64,000 nucleotides of DNA. Origin: Eledone cirrhosa. Lineage: Eukaryota. The stretch covers positions 262,446,001 through 262,510,000 of the forward strand of contig OZ024742.1 of the NCBI GenBank assembly GCA_964016885.1, in the 5' to 3' direction. The position numbers were made by a program, and so were the translations under genes. This document shows, in pieces, positions 43,695 through 57,148 of this stretch; within the stretch, counting starts at the first letter, position 1, and every line of letters begins with the position of its first letter. The notes below the pieces were generated by a model. That model ran no database searches. It was given only the letters and a program-made list of their open reading frames with translations, and was not told the origin of the DNA.

Positions 43695-45985
43695 GAAAAG
43701 ATACCATCATGGCTAGTTAACGGCATTACATTCCTGCTACCGAAGAATGATGAGACAAACAATCCCAAAAATTACAGACCGATAACCTGCTTGACCACAA
43801 TGTATAACATTTTAACATCAGTCCTAACTGAATACACATATGACCACCTGATAACAAATGACCTATTTCCCATTGAGCAGAAAGGGTGTAAACGAGGCTC
43901 ATATGGCTGTAAGGATCAGCTTCTGGTTAACAAAATGATACTGGAAGATTGTCATAATAGACACAAAAATCTATCGATTGCTTGGATAGATTATAAAAAA
44001 GCATTCGATAGTTTGCCACACAGTTGGATTGAAAAATGTTTAGAGATTTTCAAAATATCCCCCGTTGTCAGGAGGTTTTTGTCATTCAGTATGAGGACAT
44101 GGAGAACGACACTCCTTTTGAATAGTGAAACAAAATCACTGGAAGCTGGAGAAGTTAACATTAATTGTGGAATTTTTCAGGGTGACTCTTTATCACCGCT
44201 TTTATTCTGCATCGCACTTATACCATTAAGTAAAATGCTCAATGAAACAAAACATGGATATAAAGTCTATGACAAAACCATTAATCACCTGTTCTACATG
44301 GATGAGCTGAAACTATTTGCAAAAAATGATGAACAATTGCAAGGGCTATTATCCACTGTGAAGCAGTTCAGTGATGACATTAAAATGGAGTTTGGACTGG
44401 ATAAATGCGCCAAAGCAACGTTCACCAGAGGAAAGCTGCTGAAGAGTTCAGACATTAATCTTGATCGGGGAACGTGATAAGAGAGCTTGATCAAGAAAAA
44501 ACTTACAAATATCTAGGTGTTTGTGAAGGAGACGGAATCAGGCACTCGACAATGAGGGAAAGGATAAGGAAGGAATGTTACCGCAGAGTCAGAGCAATCT
44601 TAAGAACGGAATTGAATGCAAGGAATAGGATCGATGCCATAAACACGCTTGCCATACCAGTAGTAACCTACAGTTACAATGTCATCAACTGGTCAAGCAC
44701 AGAGATCCGTAGGCTCGATACAAAAATCCGAAAATTCTTAACCATGCACAGAATGCATCACCCTAAGGCAGACATAGATAGAATATATCTCCCTAGGAAA
44801 GAAGGAGGACGTGGGTTAATCCAGTTAGACATTGCGTTGAAAACTGCAACAATTGGATTATCCACATATCTAAGGGAATCACATGATTGGATTATCAAAC
44901 TCGTTTTGAAACACGAAAGCACCAAAAGATCATATTCCATTACAAAAGATGCACAGAGATACAGTAATGGACTACAAATTTCAGAAGTCCCATTTACTGC
45001 TGAAATGGAAAACACAGAAAAAGCAAAGCAGGTAAAAGTAACTGCAAAGAAAGAACTGCTACAGAAACTGGCTAAGAAATGGCAAGAAAAGCCTCTGTAT
45101 GGAAAATACCCAGAGCGAACTAACAATCCTGATGTTGACAAAACTTTAACCCATCAGTGGTTGGCATCCTCTGGACTGAAATGGGAGACTGAAGGACTGA
45201 TTATATCGGCACAAGATCAGTGTCTGCCAACAAAAAATTACCAAGCCAACATAATAAAAAATGGGTGCAGCCCATTATGCCGTGTATGCAAAAAACAACC
45301 AGAGACCATTGACCATATAATTTCAATGTGCAGTCCTATAGCTCCAACCGAATACCTAAACAGGCATGACAGAGCTGCACAATACATACATTGGATAATG
45401 TGTAAGCATTTTGACCTGCCCCATCAAAAGAATTGGTGGGAGCATCAACCACCTCCCATACTTGAAAAAGATCACATCTCAATCTTGTGGAACTTTAGCA
45501 TCCAAACAGACCGAAAAATAGATGCAAATAGACCTGATATAATATTGAAGGACTTTCAAAGGAGGGTATGCCTGCTAATTGATATATCTGTTCCAATAGA
45601 CAAGAATGTACCTATAAAAACATTTGAAAAATTTAGCAAGTATAAGGACCTGGAGATAGAAATTGGAAAAATGTGGAAATTGAGAACTAAAACAATACCA
45701 GTGGTTGTAGGCGCTCTGGGAATGATACCTAAGGGGTCTAACGACTACTTATCGCAAATCCCAGGAAACCCGCGTATAGGAGAAATACGAAAGATAGTAC
45801 TAATGGGAACTGCCCATATACTAAGGAAGATCCTGTCAATATAAGTACATCACAAGTCTAAACACTAAGGATGCATGTGTGAATATGTATGTTCTTTCTT
45901 GAACATGGCGGACCTTGTTGTCTCTTGAGGTCACTGGTTGTGACTTGGTGATAACTCGTATGAACATAAAGCAAGATAAATGCAA
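43695..45985 (+). mobile_element. Second R4/Dong-like RLE LINE, young (one frameshift), in (TAA)n
   Basis: NYRPITCL, EQKGC, WIDYKKAFDS, FQGDSLSPLLF, HLFYMDE, CRVC..ETIDHIISMC, RHD, NRPDII, EK..KY.DL. Confidence 0.92.
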
Positions 45986-46159
45986 ATAATAATAATAATA
46001 ACAACAACAATAACAACAACAACAACAATAATAATAATAATAATAGTAAAGAAGAAGAAGAAGAAGAAGAAGAAGAAGAAGAAGGGAAGAGGAGAAAAGG
46101 GAGAGGGAGCTGAAGATGGGGAAGAAGTGGAGGAAGAAGTGGAGGAAGAAGAAGAGGAA

Positions 46160-46190
<31 letters not shown>

Positions 46191-46281
46191 AAGAAGAAGA
46201 AGAAGAAGAAGAAGAAGAAGAAGAAGAAGAAGAAGAAGAAGACTGAGCCCTTAAGAAAAATTAGGGTCTCCACATGCTTAC

Positions 46282-46654
46282 CTTTGTAATCGGTTGGTAT
46301 TAGCAAAGGGTTATCCACCTCGTTGTATGTTTTATTGACAGGGTCTACTCGAAGGCTACGGGCCAACACCTTACGTTCGTGCCGTTTCCTATAGAGTAAA
46401 AGTGGCTGAGATATGTCAAAGTTGTTGCTCTGAGCTCGGACAGTCTCCATACAACATCTGACCACAACAGGAAGGTCGAATTTGGAGAGAATGTCCGGTA
46501 GGTTGTATGTTTGGGGTAGCCATGAGATATTCGGGTACTCAACCTCGGGTATTCCAGTGTCACTCATGTCAATAGATTCTGTTTTGATCTGTGGTGACGA
46601 TTTTGTAGTCCGGTCAGGACTTCCTTTGAAATAGAGATCTGTGTTTCGCTTCAT
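46282..46654 (-). CDS. GAREM-like CABIT-SAM adaptor protein, first coding exon (CABIT N-terminal part)
   Basis: W...YNLPDILSKFDLPVVVRC..PLLL..IPTDYK then G|gtaagc donor at 46281. It joins exon 2 in phase 1 to give the CABIT-like IPTDYKGWF. In-frame stop upstream of the ATG; candidate UTR acceptor ctctccctag at 46686-46685. Confidence 0.8.
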
Positions 46655-48608
46655 TGTGTATTATACATACATGAACTGGGGCCTCTAGGGAGAGAAGTAA
46701 GCCTTATGAGGGGGGGGGGTAGATGGATTAGTTGTGTGCTATATATGACTGGGGTTCGTGTGTAAGATGTGTGGGTAAATAGACGGAGGGGGGTGGGGGG
46801 GGGGGTGCTGATGGCTGTAGGAGAGGGGTAGATGGATAACGGAAAGCCTGGATGAGTAGGGACAGGTTTCTTCCAAAAAAAGCTGTTATCAATTGTAAAC
46901 AATGCTACACTGTAACTATGAATTAATATGCTTTAGTACAGATGTCCAAATGGTATCCGAGTGGTAAGTTTTAGTATTATTTTAGAGTTTTGGTGTCAAT
47001 ATATATATGACGTCCCTTGTAAGTATATCCAAAGGTGTCACCAAGTGACTGTATTTCTTCTATGTCACCCGGCGGTAAAGATCCTTCTCTGCTGGTCACT
47101 GAACTATCGAAGTGGTGCAGTACTGTCCCTTAAAAAAATTGTCCTCTTTGGTATCACTCCACCTAGCTTCTATCCATTAGTAGCGCGGAGGGTCGCTCAC
47201 TTGCGTACTGCCGTCTGTGGGATTATCCCGACCCCAAAATGGCTTTTATCCTTGAGTGTCATCTCCCTAGCTTTTATACAGCCGTACTGTTGTCCAATAT
47301 GGCTTCTGTCCACTGTGATGTCAGCCAAGGTAGCGACCTTCCTCTGTAATATAAACCAACGTGTGCTTCTGTCAACTCAGGTGTCCTGTAATGTCAACTA
47401 GCGTAGTTACTCTCTTCTTATGTGTTCTGGGATGTCGGCCAACGTAGCTCCTGTCCCCTATGATATCAGCCAAAGTAGTTTATGTTACTGTCCTCTTATG
47501 TGTCCACTGTGATGTCCTCCTCCAGACCTTAGTATAACTGGCCTGCCTCCATTGACTGTCGGCTGCTAACTGAATGAATGAGTAAACCAAACGTTAATAT
47601 GTCGTCTACTGAGAGAGAGCTGCTCTCTGTTATCAAGTAGTCATTTCCTACCCATCGCATACACATACATATACAAACATACAATGACCCACTCATACAC
47701 GCACAAACACATACACACACAGTGACACACTCATACTCGTACAAGCACATACACACACTGTGACACATATATACACAACACTGACACCCAAACATACAGA
47801 CACACAACAGTGACACCCAAACACACAAACACATACAGACACACACACATAAACATACACACATACTGTCACATACTCATACACAGTAACACTTAAGCAC
47901 ACACACAGTTCCACAAACGCACAGAGACACATACACATAAGCACACAATGACATATACACACATAGACCTAATGGCACCTAAACACACACGTGAACACGT
48001 ACATAAGCTTTCACACATGGACAAACACATACACACACTTACACACAGACAAATATACATACACATCTACAAATATACAACAATCATATATACAAATATA
48101 CGACAATCATACCTACAAATATACGACAATCACATATATTCACATACACACACGTACAGATATACTTAAACACGCACACTAACTCAGTAACACTTAAACG
48201 CACACTAAAAGACGTACTTTCCTGTTACACCACTTTCTACCTCCTACCTACCTACTTGACCACCTCTTACACAACTTCATAACCTCACCCTTTCTCTGCG
48301 CATGCCTCCCCCTCCTCCTGCTGACTCTTATACAAGTTCCGCCTCCTCCTCCTCCTGCTGACTCTTACACAAGCCACCCCCCTCCTCTCTCCTTCCTTCG
48401 CTGACACCACTTTCTCTTCACCCCCCCCCTCTTTGCTTTAAATCACTTTTTCTTACACAATCTCATCTCCTCCTCCCCATTTCACATTAGTTTCTCTTCC
48501 TCTCCTTCGCTTCGTCATCCACAAATCTTACAGCTGGACTGTCTGATTCACTGGCGGCGGTTGTGTATGGTGGTAGTGGTCTTGATGGTGGTGTGTAGTG
48601 GTGTTGTT

Positions 48609-49139
48609 TAATGGCTGTAATGATGGTGGTGGTGTAGTGGTGGTGGTGAGGTGGGGAGGTGGTGTGTGGTGGCGTTGTTTTGGTGTAATGGCTGTAGTGA
48701 CGGTGGTGGTGATGGTGTAGTGGTGGTGGTGAGGTGGGGAGGTGGTGTGTGGTGGCGTTGTTTTGGTGTAATGGCTGTAGTGACGGTGGTGGTGATGGTG
48801 TAGTGGTGGTGGTGAGGTGGGGAGGTGGTGTGTGGTGGCGTTGTTTTGGTGTAATGGCTGTAGTGACGGTGGTGGTGATGGTGTAGTGGTGGTGGTGAGG
48901 TGGGGAGGTGGTGTGTGGTGGCGTTGTTTTGGTGTAATGGCTGTAGTGACGGTGGTGGTGATGGTGTAGTGGTGGTGGTGAGGTGGGGAGGTGGTGTGTG
49001 GTGGCGTTGTTTTGGTGTAATGGCTGTAGTGACGGTGGTGGTGATGGTGTAGTGGTGGTGGTGAGGTGGGGAGGTGGTGTGTGGTGGCGTTGTTTTGGTG
49101 TAATGGCTGTAGTGACGGTGGTGGTGATGGTGTAGTGGT
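48609..49139. repeat. G-rich 83-bp minisatellite, ~6.4 near-identical copies
   Basis: ggtgtaatggc recurs at 48682, 48765, 48848, 48931, 49014 and 49097. Confidence 0.9.
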
Positions 49140-49409
49140 AATGATCGTGTAGAGGTAATGGTGGTGTAGGGTAATGGTGGTGTTGTGGTAATAGGGGTGT
49201 AGTGGCGATGGCGGAGTTGTTGCGGTGGTGTTTGTGGTGGTGGTGGCAGCGGCGGCGATGGTAATGATGTTGTGTTTTGGTGGCAGTGGGTGTGTACTGG
49301 TAATAGTAGTGTAGTGGTGGTGTAGTGGTGATGATGGTGTGGCAATGGTGGTGGTGTGGTGATGTCCTGAACTATATAACCCAATGCGTACTTTATTGCT
49401 TCCAGAAGG

Positions 49410-49473
<64 letters not shown>

Positions 49474-49883
49474 GGGCGTGTGTGGGTGGGTGTGCGTGCG
49501 TGTGTGTGTGCGTGCGTGTGTGCGTGCATGCGCGTGTGTGTTTGAGTGATGTTGTGCGTAATTTGGCTGTTATTTCTAGTAGATCTACATTAGACTAGTA
49601 TGTAAATTTGGTGCAATGGTTGGTGGTACGTTGTTAGTGTGTTTATTGTTGAGGGAGATTTGACTGTTGTTTCTTGTAGGTCTAGGGTCTCGTTATCTCA
49701 GTACTGTGTCGTTGAAGTGGCTAGTGATGTTGATGCTTTTGTTGCTGACGTTGTGCTAAGTGGTATGTAGGTGGTGATGCTAAGTGTTAGGTAGGTGACG
49801 GTTTAGAGAGGAGAGGCCGGATTAGAAGATGTCGAAATCTATTTCATCATCACTTCAAAGTGGATGAGTGGTTGATACAGATA

Positions 49884-49917
<34 letters not shown>

Positions 49918-49979
49918 CATACATACACACATACATACATACATACATACATACATACATACATACATACATACATACA

Positions 49980-50430
49980 GAAATCTGCAGATACTCCACC
50001 CTGATTACACCTTCAGATTTATACCTTTATACCTGTGATTATTGGGGCACTGGGATATGTTAGTAACTGCCTCAATACAAATCTTGAGAAGCTAGGCTTC
50101 ACAGGAACAGAAAGAACACAACTAGTGAGGAAACTACAAGTACAATTCATTAATGGAACAGTAAAAATATGTAAAACATTCCAAAAATGTTGCATCTAAT
50201 AACTGCATATACACATGTACAGATACAAAGCATATACACATGCAGACATACAATTCAAAACATCCACATCCACACATACAATAACATCCATATCTACACA
50301 TGCATGCATGCAGACATACATACATATCTACCTAGTTGATGTGTAAATTCCAATGAGAGAGTCTTGTGTCTATGTTAGAAACCGACTCTCTCTATTGGTA
50401 AAACTTTGTGAAATTATAAAACCAGAAGAA
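49980..50430 (+). mobile_element. 3' fragment of a (TACA)n-associated RLE LINE
   Basis: Near-identical to 60312-60757; flanked by (ACAT)n. Confidence 0.75.
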
Positions 50431-50456
50431 CATACATACATACATACATACATACA

Positions 50457-50490
<34 letters not shown>

Positions 50491-50781
50491 CATACATACA
50501 TACATACATACATACATACATGATGCCTGCCCCCTCGTTATCGAGTATGGCCATTGCACGAAAAAAAAATTGTTTCTACTTTTGGCACAAGACCAGCAAT
50601 TACCCAGTGCATTACTGGTACTTTATTTTATCGACCCCGTGAGGATGAAAGAAAGGCAAAGTTAACCTCGGCGGGATTTGAACTCAGAATGGCAAGGGCC
50701 GTAAGTCTATGTGTGGCGTCCGATAATAATAATAACGACAATAATAATAACAAGAATAATAATAGTAATAATAATAATAAT

Positions 50782-50830
<49 letters not shown>

Positions 50831-50922
50831 TATCTACACACACACACACACACACACACGCGCGATAACAGTTAACAGTGCTGCGATCGAATGTGGCTTT
50901 TTAGCCCAGCCAATGATCTAAA

Positions 50923-52072
50923 ACAGTGGTCGGCAACCTTTTGGAGAGAGAGGGCCAAACAGCTATGCAGTGTCATGGAGGAGGGCCATTTTGTTAAATA
51001 TGTAAATAAATTTTCTGGAGGTTTAAAGCAAAACAAGGAATTTAATATAATTTTATTTTAACAAGGCCCCTTATTTTACTGCAGGAATAACAAAAAAAAA
51101 AAAACTACAAACACATTCAACAAAAAAAAGCAAATTCCTTATTTTACTGCAGGAATAACAGAAAAACAACTACTATCACAATCAACCAAAAAAAAAAAGC
51201 AAATTCCTTGCTACAAACGAAATACAGTTAGAAATGGTAAATGATTTAATGAGACACTTGTTTCTGCTTATTGTGCGATAACTTCTCCACATCAGGTGAA
51301 ATATTTGTCGATGACAGGAGCAAAACATCATCCAGGTGGTTGTCACGCAACCTTGTTCTTAAATGACTTTTAGTATATTTCATTTTGGAAAAAAGTTGTT
51401 CACAAGCATATGTACTTCCAAATATTGATATCATCAGTTTCGCATTAGTCAAGATGTTTTTATATTTTCCGCTTGGCAATATATATTTCTTGTAGAAGTC
51501 AGCAGTGGATTCGAACTGAAATTTCGATTTCAAAGATTCGTCGCACTGTAAGTCAATTAACTCCAACTGATATTCTTCTGCCACTTGCTCCACATCTGTT
51601 TCGTAAGGAGTACCAAATAACTTAGAGTTCCGTATTGCCGGAAGTCAGCAAAATGAGAGGAAAACTCGCTTCTCAAATCCTTAATAGAGCTCACAAAGAA
51701 GTCTGGTATTATATCTCTCTTGTGATTTTGGAGACTTGGGAAATGAGAGTAGTTTCCTTTTTGAAGTTGTGATTCCCACAGTCGAAGTTTTCTCTCAAAA
51801 GCAGTAATTTGAACAAACATCTCAAATACAACCTTGTTCTTTCCTTGAAGCTCAAGATTCAAAGTGTTCATGTGGGTCGTGATGTCCACTAAAAAAGCTA
51901 ACTTGACAACCCACTGTGGATCCTGAAAGTAAGAATTATCTTGGTCTTTGCTCTCTAAAAAGATAGAAATCTCTTCTCTCAATGCATATACTCGTTCTAT
52001 CATTTTCCGCGGCTAAGCCATCGAACATTTGAAAAATATGTAAGGTCGCCATACTCTGCTTCAATTTGTTTT
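50923..52072 (-). mobile_element. hAT (Charlie/SPIN-like) transposase 3' half
   Basis: RWLSRG, LAFLVDIT.H.N.LN..LQG, ELIDLQ, FGSTYACEQLFSKMK; TIR cagtggtcggcaacct at 50923. Confidence 0.88.
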
Positions 52073-54990
52073 GAGGCTCTCAACAAATCCTTATACCTCT
52101 TTTTTGGTTTATGTGGAGGTCGTTTTCCTTTAACTAACTCTCCATAAAAGAGTTGTTTTGGTATTCTAGAATCCTTCATCCTGGCAAGGTGACCACTTCA
52201 ACGGAGTCTTTGCTTAAGCACAAAAGCTTCTATACTGTCACACAGAGAGCTTTCCAAAATCTCGACATCACTGATGTGATCCCTCCAGTGAACGCCATGG
52301 ATCCGTCTGAGACACATCTGATGGAAACGCTCCAATTGTTTAAGGCGGTGTCGATATGTGAGCCAGGTCTCATAGGCATAAAGAAGAGAAGAGAGCACAC
52401 ATGCCTTGTACACCTTTACCTTTGTCTTCTTGCATATGTCTCGCCGACCCCAGAGTCGCCTTTCTAGCTTTCCGAAAGCATCACTTGCTTTCCTAATCCT
52501 GAGTGGAATTTCATTACCAAGGTTGCTGTATCTATTGACAGTGCTTCCCAGGTAGACAAACTGATCAACCACTCCAAGTCCTTTACCATACACATAGATA
52601 TTTGGATCCTGTACTGCTTACCAGGGGCAGGTTGGTACATGACGATGGTTTTCTTGACACTGACAGTCAATACTAGGGCAGTGAAAGCATCAGAAAATGC
52701 ATTCAAAATGTACTGCATATCACTCTATGTGTGTGTTACAAGATCGCAATCATCTGCATACAAGAAGTCTCTTATGATTGATGTAAATACTTTTGTTTTT
52801 GCAGCAAAGCGCCTGATTTTAAATATGCTGCCTGAGGTACGATATTGGATGTAAACACCATGCTCGCAATTCCTGAATGCAATATAGAAAACCATTGCAA
52901 AGTATATGGCAAACAGGGTCGGTGCTGGAATATCCCCGTTTCACTCCATCTTTTACTGAGATAGGCTCCGACATGTTACCTCTGACATTAACCCAAGCCT
53001 TCATGTCGTCATGGAAAGACCTAACCGAAGCAAGGAACCTATCAGGGCAACCAAGTTTCTGGAGAACCTTCCACAATACATTTCTGTTAACAGTATCGAA
53101 AGTTTTTGTCAGATCGACAAAAACCTGATACAGATCCAAACCTTGTTCCATGCACTTCTCCTGGAGCTATCTAGCTGAGAAGATCATATCAGTAGTGCCG
53201 CGTCTAGCACGAAAACAGATTGACTTTCAGGAAGAACACAATCTACAGTACGTGTCAGCAGACGGTCCTGAAGCACCCTACATAAAATGTTTCCTACGAC
53301 AGAAAGCAATGATATACCTCTGTAGTTTCCACAATCATTCTTGTTACCCTCTCCCTTGTACAAGACCACCATTACTGCATTTCTCCAGTCCTCAGGTACG
53401 GATTCACTAGCCTATATCCTGCTAAACAAAGAGTGAAGATGTTGCAGAAGTCTCTCACCACCATATTGTAGGAGCTCTGCATGTATGCCATCCATACCTG
53501 AAGACCTTCCACTGTTCAGCTTGGAGATAGCTACTGCAACCTCCACAAGCGTCAGTGGTTCTGCGAGAGCTACTTTCACAGGTTTTTCTGGAATGAGATT
53601 GAGAAAATCTTCATTGACGACAGACGGCTGATTCAAAAGTTCATCGAAGTGCTCTCGCCACCGTCGTAGAATTCCTTGTGAATCACGAAGTTCCTTGCCA
53701 TCCTTGCTGCGAAGCGGTGTCACCAGAAAAGAAGACGGTCCATAAACTTCACGCAAGAGACTGTACAACAGCTGTGTGTGATTGGAATCTGATGCAGCTT
53801 GTATCTCATCAGCCTTATCCACTCCACCACTTATCCTTCATCTGAGAAAGACTCCGCCTAACACGTGATTTCACATACTTGAGTTCCTTATGCAACATAT
53901 TCTTCTCCTGTAGTTTTGCTGTCAAGTAGCGTGACAGAGCACGTCTCTTATCTGCCAACAAGTCTTCTATATGTTCATCATTCTTATTAAACCAGTCTTG
54001 ATGTTTTTTTCTGCACCAATCCCAGAACACGCCTGCTTACATCATAAACCGACTTTTTAAGGGTCGGCCAATCCTCACCAAGATCTGCAACCTGCATCTC
54101 TTCTCGCAATATCCTTTTCATATGTTTATCTCTAAGACGAGCAACATTCAATCTTCTGGGCAGGGTAACACCAGGAGCCCGGATTTTACGTTTAGTGATT
54201 AGTTTCACTTTTGCGCGTACCAGGCGATGGTCCGTCCGAAGACACTGCACATCCCGTCTATCACGCATCCTGACAAGGACGTAGTCCAAAGGATGCCATT
54301 CCTTAGATGCAGGATGCATCCATGTGGTCTTAAATTTGTTCTTTTGCTGGAACATGGTGTTGGTAACACACAGATCCAGCTCCTCACACATCTGCAGCAG
54401 GAACATACCATTGTTGTTACACTTTCCCACCCCATGCCTTCCGATTACATTCCATTAAAGTCACCAAGCACGATGACCTTGTCTGCCTGAGGGATATTTC
54501 TTAAAACACCTTTCAAGGCATGGTAAAAAGACACTTTTTCTTCATCGACAGAATTCATAGTTGGAGCATACAGACTCGCCAGGGTCGCATATCTTCCTTT
54601 GTCCAGCGGAATTCTCATGGACATATGACGCTCACTAATCTCCACTGGGAATTCTTCTAATTTATCCACAAGAACAGTCTTAACAGCAAATGCTACCCCA
54701 GCCTCTCTTCTGGTTCCTTCATCTCTTCCTTTCCAGAAGAATGTATATTCTCCACAAAATTCTGTAAGATGACCATCTCCAGCTAACCTCGGATCAGATA
54801 AAGCTACGATGTCAAGATCGTAACGTCGAAGCTCCTTTGCAACAAGAGCGGTCCTTCATTCAGGATGTTCCAAGGAATCCCTGTCAAGCAGCGTCCGTAT
54901 GTTCCAGCAGCCAATATTAAATGCCTTGTTTCGCTCTATTACAGTGGCACGATGACGAGCGGGCCCAGGCTGTGATATCCCGGGGCCCCT
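52073..54990 (-). mobile_element. RTE (BovB-like) LINE, APE+RT, multiply frameshifted, abutting the truncated hAT
   Basis: IGCWNIRTL, YAPT, VLGDFN, LDYVL, DHRLV, GNYRGISLLS, FVDLTKTFD, LYADD, YLGS, LLYAYETW. Confidence 0.9.
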
Positions 54991-55122
54991 GCCCTTATTG
55001 CCAAGTATCTCTTTTGTTCCAGAACCCTTATTGCCAATTATCTCTTTTATATTGTTTTGGAACATCATTGAATTTGAAAAAAAGTAATAATAATAATAAA
55101 AAAAAAAAAAAAAAAAAAAAAA

Positions 55123-55178
<56 letters not shown>

Positions 55179-55179
<1 letters not shown>

Positions 55180-56890
55180 TGCCTTGGGATGGATAGACTA
55201 CAAAAAGGCATTCGACATGGTACCTCATTCTTGGATAACCAAAAGCCTAGAGATCTTCAAGGTGGCAGTTGTTGAACAAAAGTATGAAGTCCTGGAAAAC
55301 AGAGTTAACATCGGGCGGAGAATCCTTGGGAGGCGTGAAGATCAAGAGAGGTATCTTCCAGGGAGATAGTTTGTCCCCTCTGTTGTTTGTCCTTGCCCTG
55401 ATCCCCCTGACCATTGTACTGCGAAGAGTGAGAGCAGGATTTAAGTTGGGAAAGGGAGAGCTTACCACCAATCAGCCCCTCTTCATGGACGATCTTAAGC
55501 TCTTCAGGAAGAGTGAGAAGGAGTTGGATGTGCTTGTTGACACTGTCCGTATTTTCAGCAATGGAATCCAGGTACCAACTGGTGAGATGATAAAGGAAAT
55601 TGATACTGAAGAGGAATACAAATATTTAGGTGTTCTGGAGGCTGATGACACCAAGAACAAAAAAATGAAGGAATTGATAAGATCTGAATACATTCGGAGA
55701 GTAAGGAGCGTATTAAAGTCACATCTGAACAGTAGGAATGCCATAAGTGCAGTAAATTCCCGAGCTGTGTCTATTATTAGGTACAGTGCGGGAATTCTGA
55801 GATGGAATTGTTGCTGAACAAAAAGAAATGGATAGAAAGACTAGGAAGCTATTGACTATCTACATGTTCCACAAAAGGATTGATGTCGATAGACTCTACT
55901 TAAGGAGATCTGAAGGTGGAAGAGGTCTTATCAGCATAGAGGACTGTGTTCAGATGGAGAAAAACAACCTACACAAATACGTGACTGATAGTAGGGAGCC
56001 AATGCTCAGAATTGTACTGAAGGAGAGGACAATAGACCAGGGGATGTCCAAGGAATAAATAACAACAAGGAGAAAGAGCAACCTTCATGAAAAATCACTT
56101 TATAGTACCTTCTTTGAGAAAACTGAATTTAGAGATCCACAGACATGGAACTGGTTGAAAAGAGGAGACCTTAAAAAGGCTACAGAAGGAATGCTAATGG
56201 CTGCGCAGGAGCAGGCCCTCAAAACGAAGTGGCTGAAACACCATATTTACAAGAGGAGGCTAGCCCACTGTGTAGGTTCTGTGGAGAGAGGAGACTGTGG
56301 CTCACATTGTATCCGAGTGTAAACACCTAGCCCAGACTCACTAAAAAGGCTGGAGATATGATGTGATGGGCAGGGTGATCCACTGGCACCTATGCAAAGT
56401 AAACAATTTACCACATTCTGAGAAGTGGTATGAACATAAGCCAGAGTCGGTGATAGAAAACGATCAGGTGAAGGTGCTGTGGGATTTTAGGATACAGACG
56501 GACAAGAAACTGGAACTCAATAGACCTGACCTAGTGGTTTTGGACAAGGAAAAATAAAAGATCGTGCCTGATTGTGAAAGAGAAGGAGAGGGAGAAAATT
56601 AACCGATACCAGGACTTGAAGTGGGAGGTAAAAAGGATTTGGAACTGCCATGAGGTCAAAGTGGCCCCGATTGTCATAGGCGCACTAGCTACTATCTCAA
56701 AGAGTTTCCAAGGATGGTTAAAGAAAATTGGTCCCGCCCCGCTTTTTGGAAAACTTCAAAAGGCATGTTTGCTGGGAACAGCAAGAACCCTCCGATACGT
56801 CCTGAATATCTGAGGCTGCAGGTAGTGGCTTGATATTCATTTCAACAAACTTTCCAGTTAAATAACATCAATGACTGAGACTCAAAGAAT
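55179..56890 (+). mobile_element. R4/Dong-like LINE fragment, paralog of 41598-43350
   Basis: Same 5' truncation point and same internal deletion as the 41.6-kb copy. Confidence 0.88.
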
Positions 56891-57084
56891 AATAATAATT
56901 GTTTCTACTTTAGGCACAAGGCCAGCAATTACCCAGTGCATTACTGGTACTTTATTTTATCGACCCCGTAAGGATGAAAGACAAAGTCAACCTCGGCGGG
57001 ATTTGAACTCAGATCGTAAAGGGACGTAACTATGCTGAAAAGCATGGTGTCCGACCCTCTACCGATACTGCCAATCCACTACCC

Positions 57085-57146
<62 letters not shown>

Positions 57147-57148
<2 letters not shown>

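Noticed and set aside
45836-46281. Poly-F/L/Y tail of the 272-aa ORF
   Set aside because: Lies past the GTAAGC donor, in (AAG)n/(AAT)n repeats and a LINE tail.
48609-49139. CRISPR-like appearance of regular repeats
   Set aside because: No unique spacers, no cas genes, eukaryotic context.
48528-49529. 333-aa and 258-aa His/Pro/Thr-rich ORFs
   Set aside because: Products of an 83-bp repeat (not a multiple of 3) that lacks stops.
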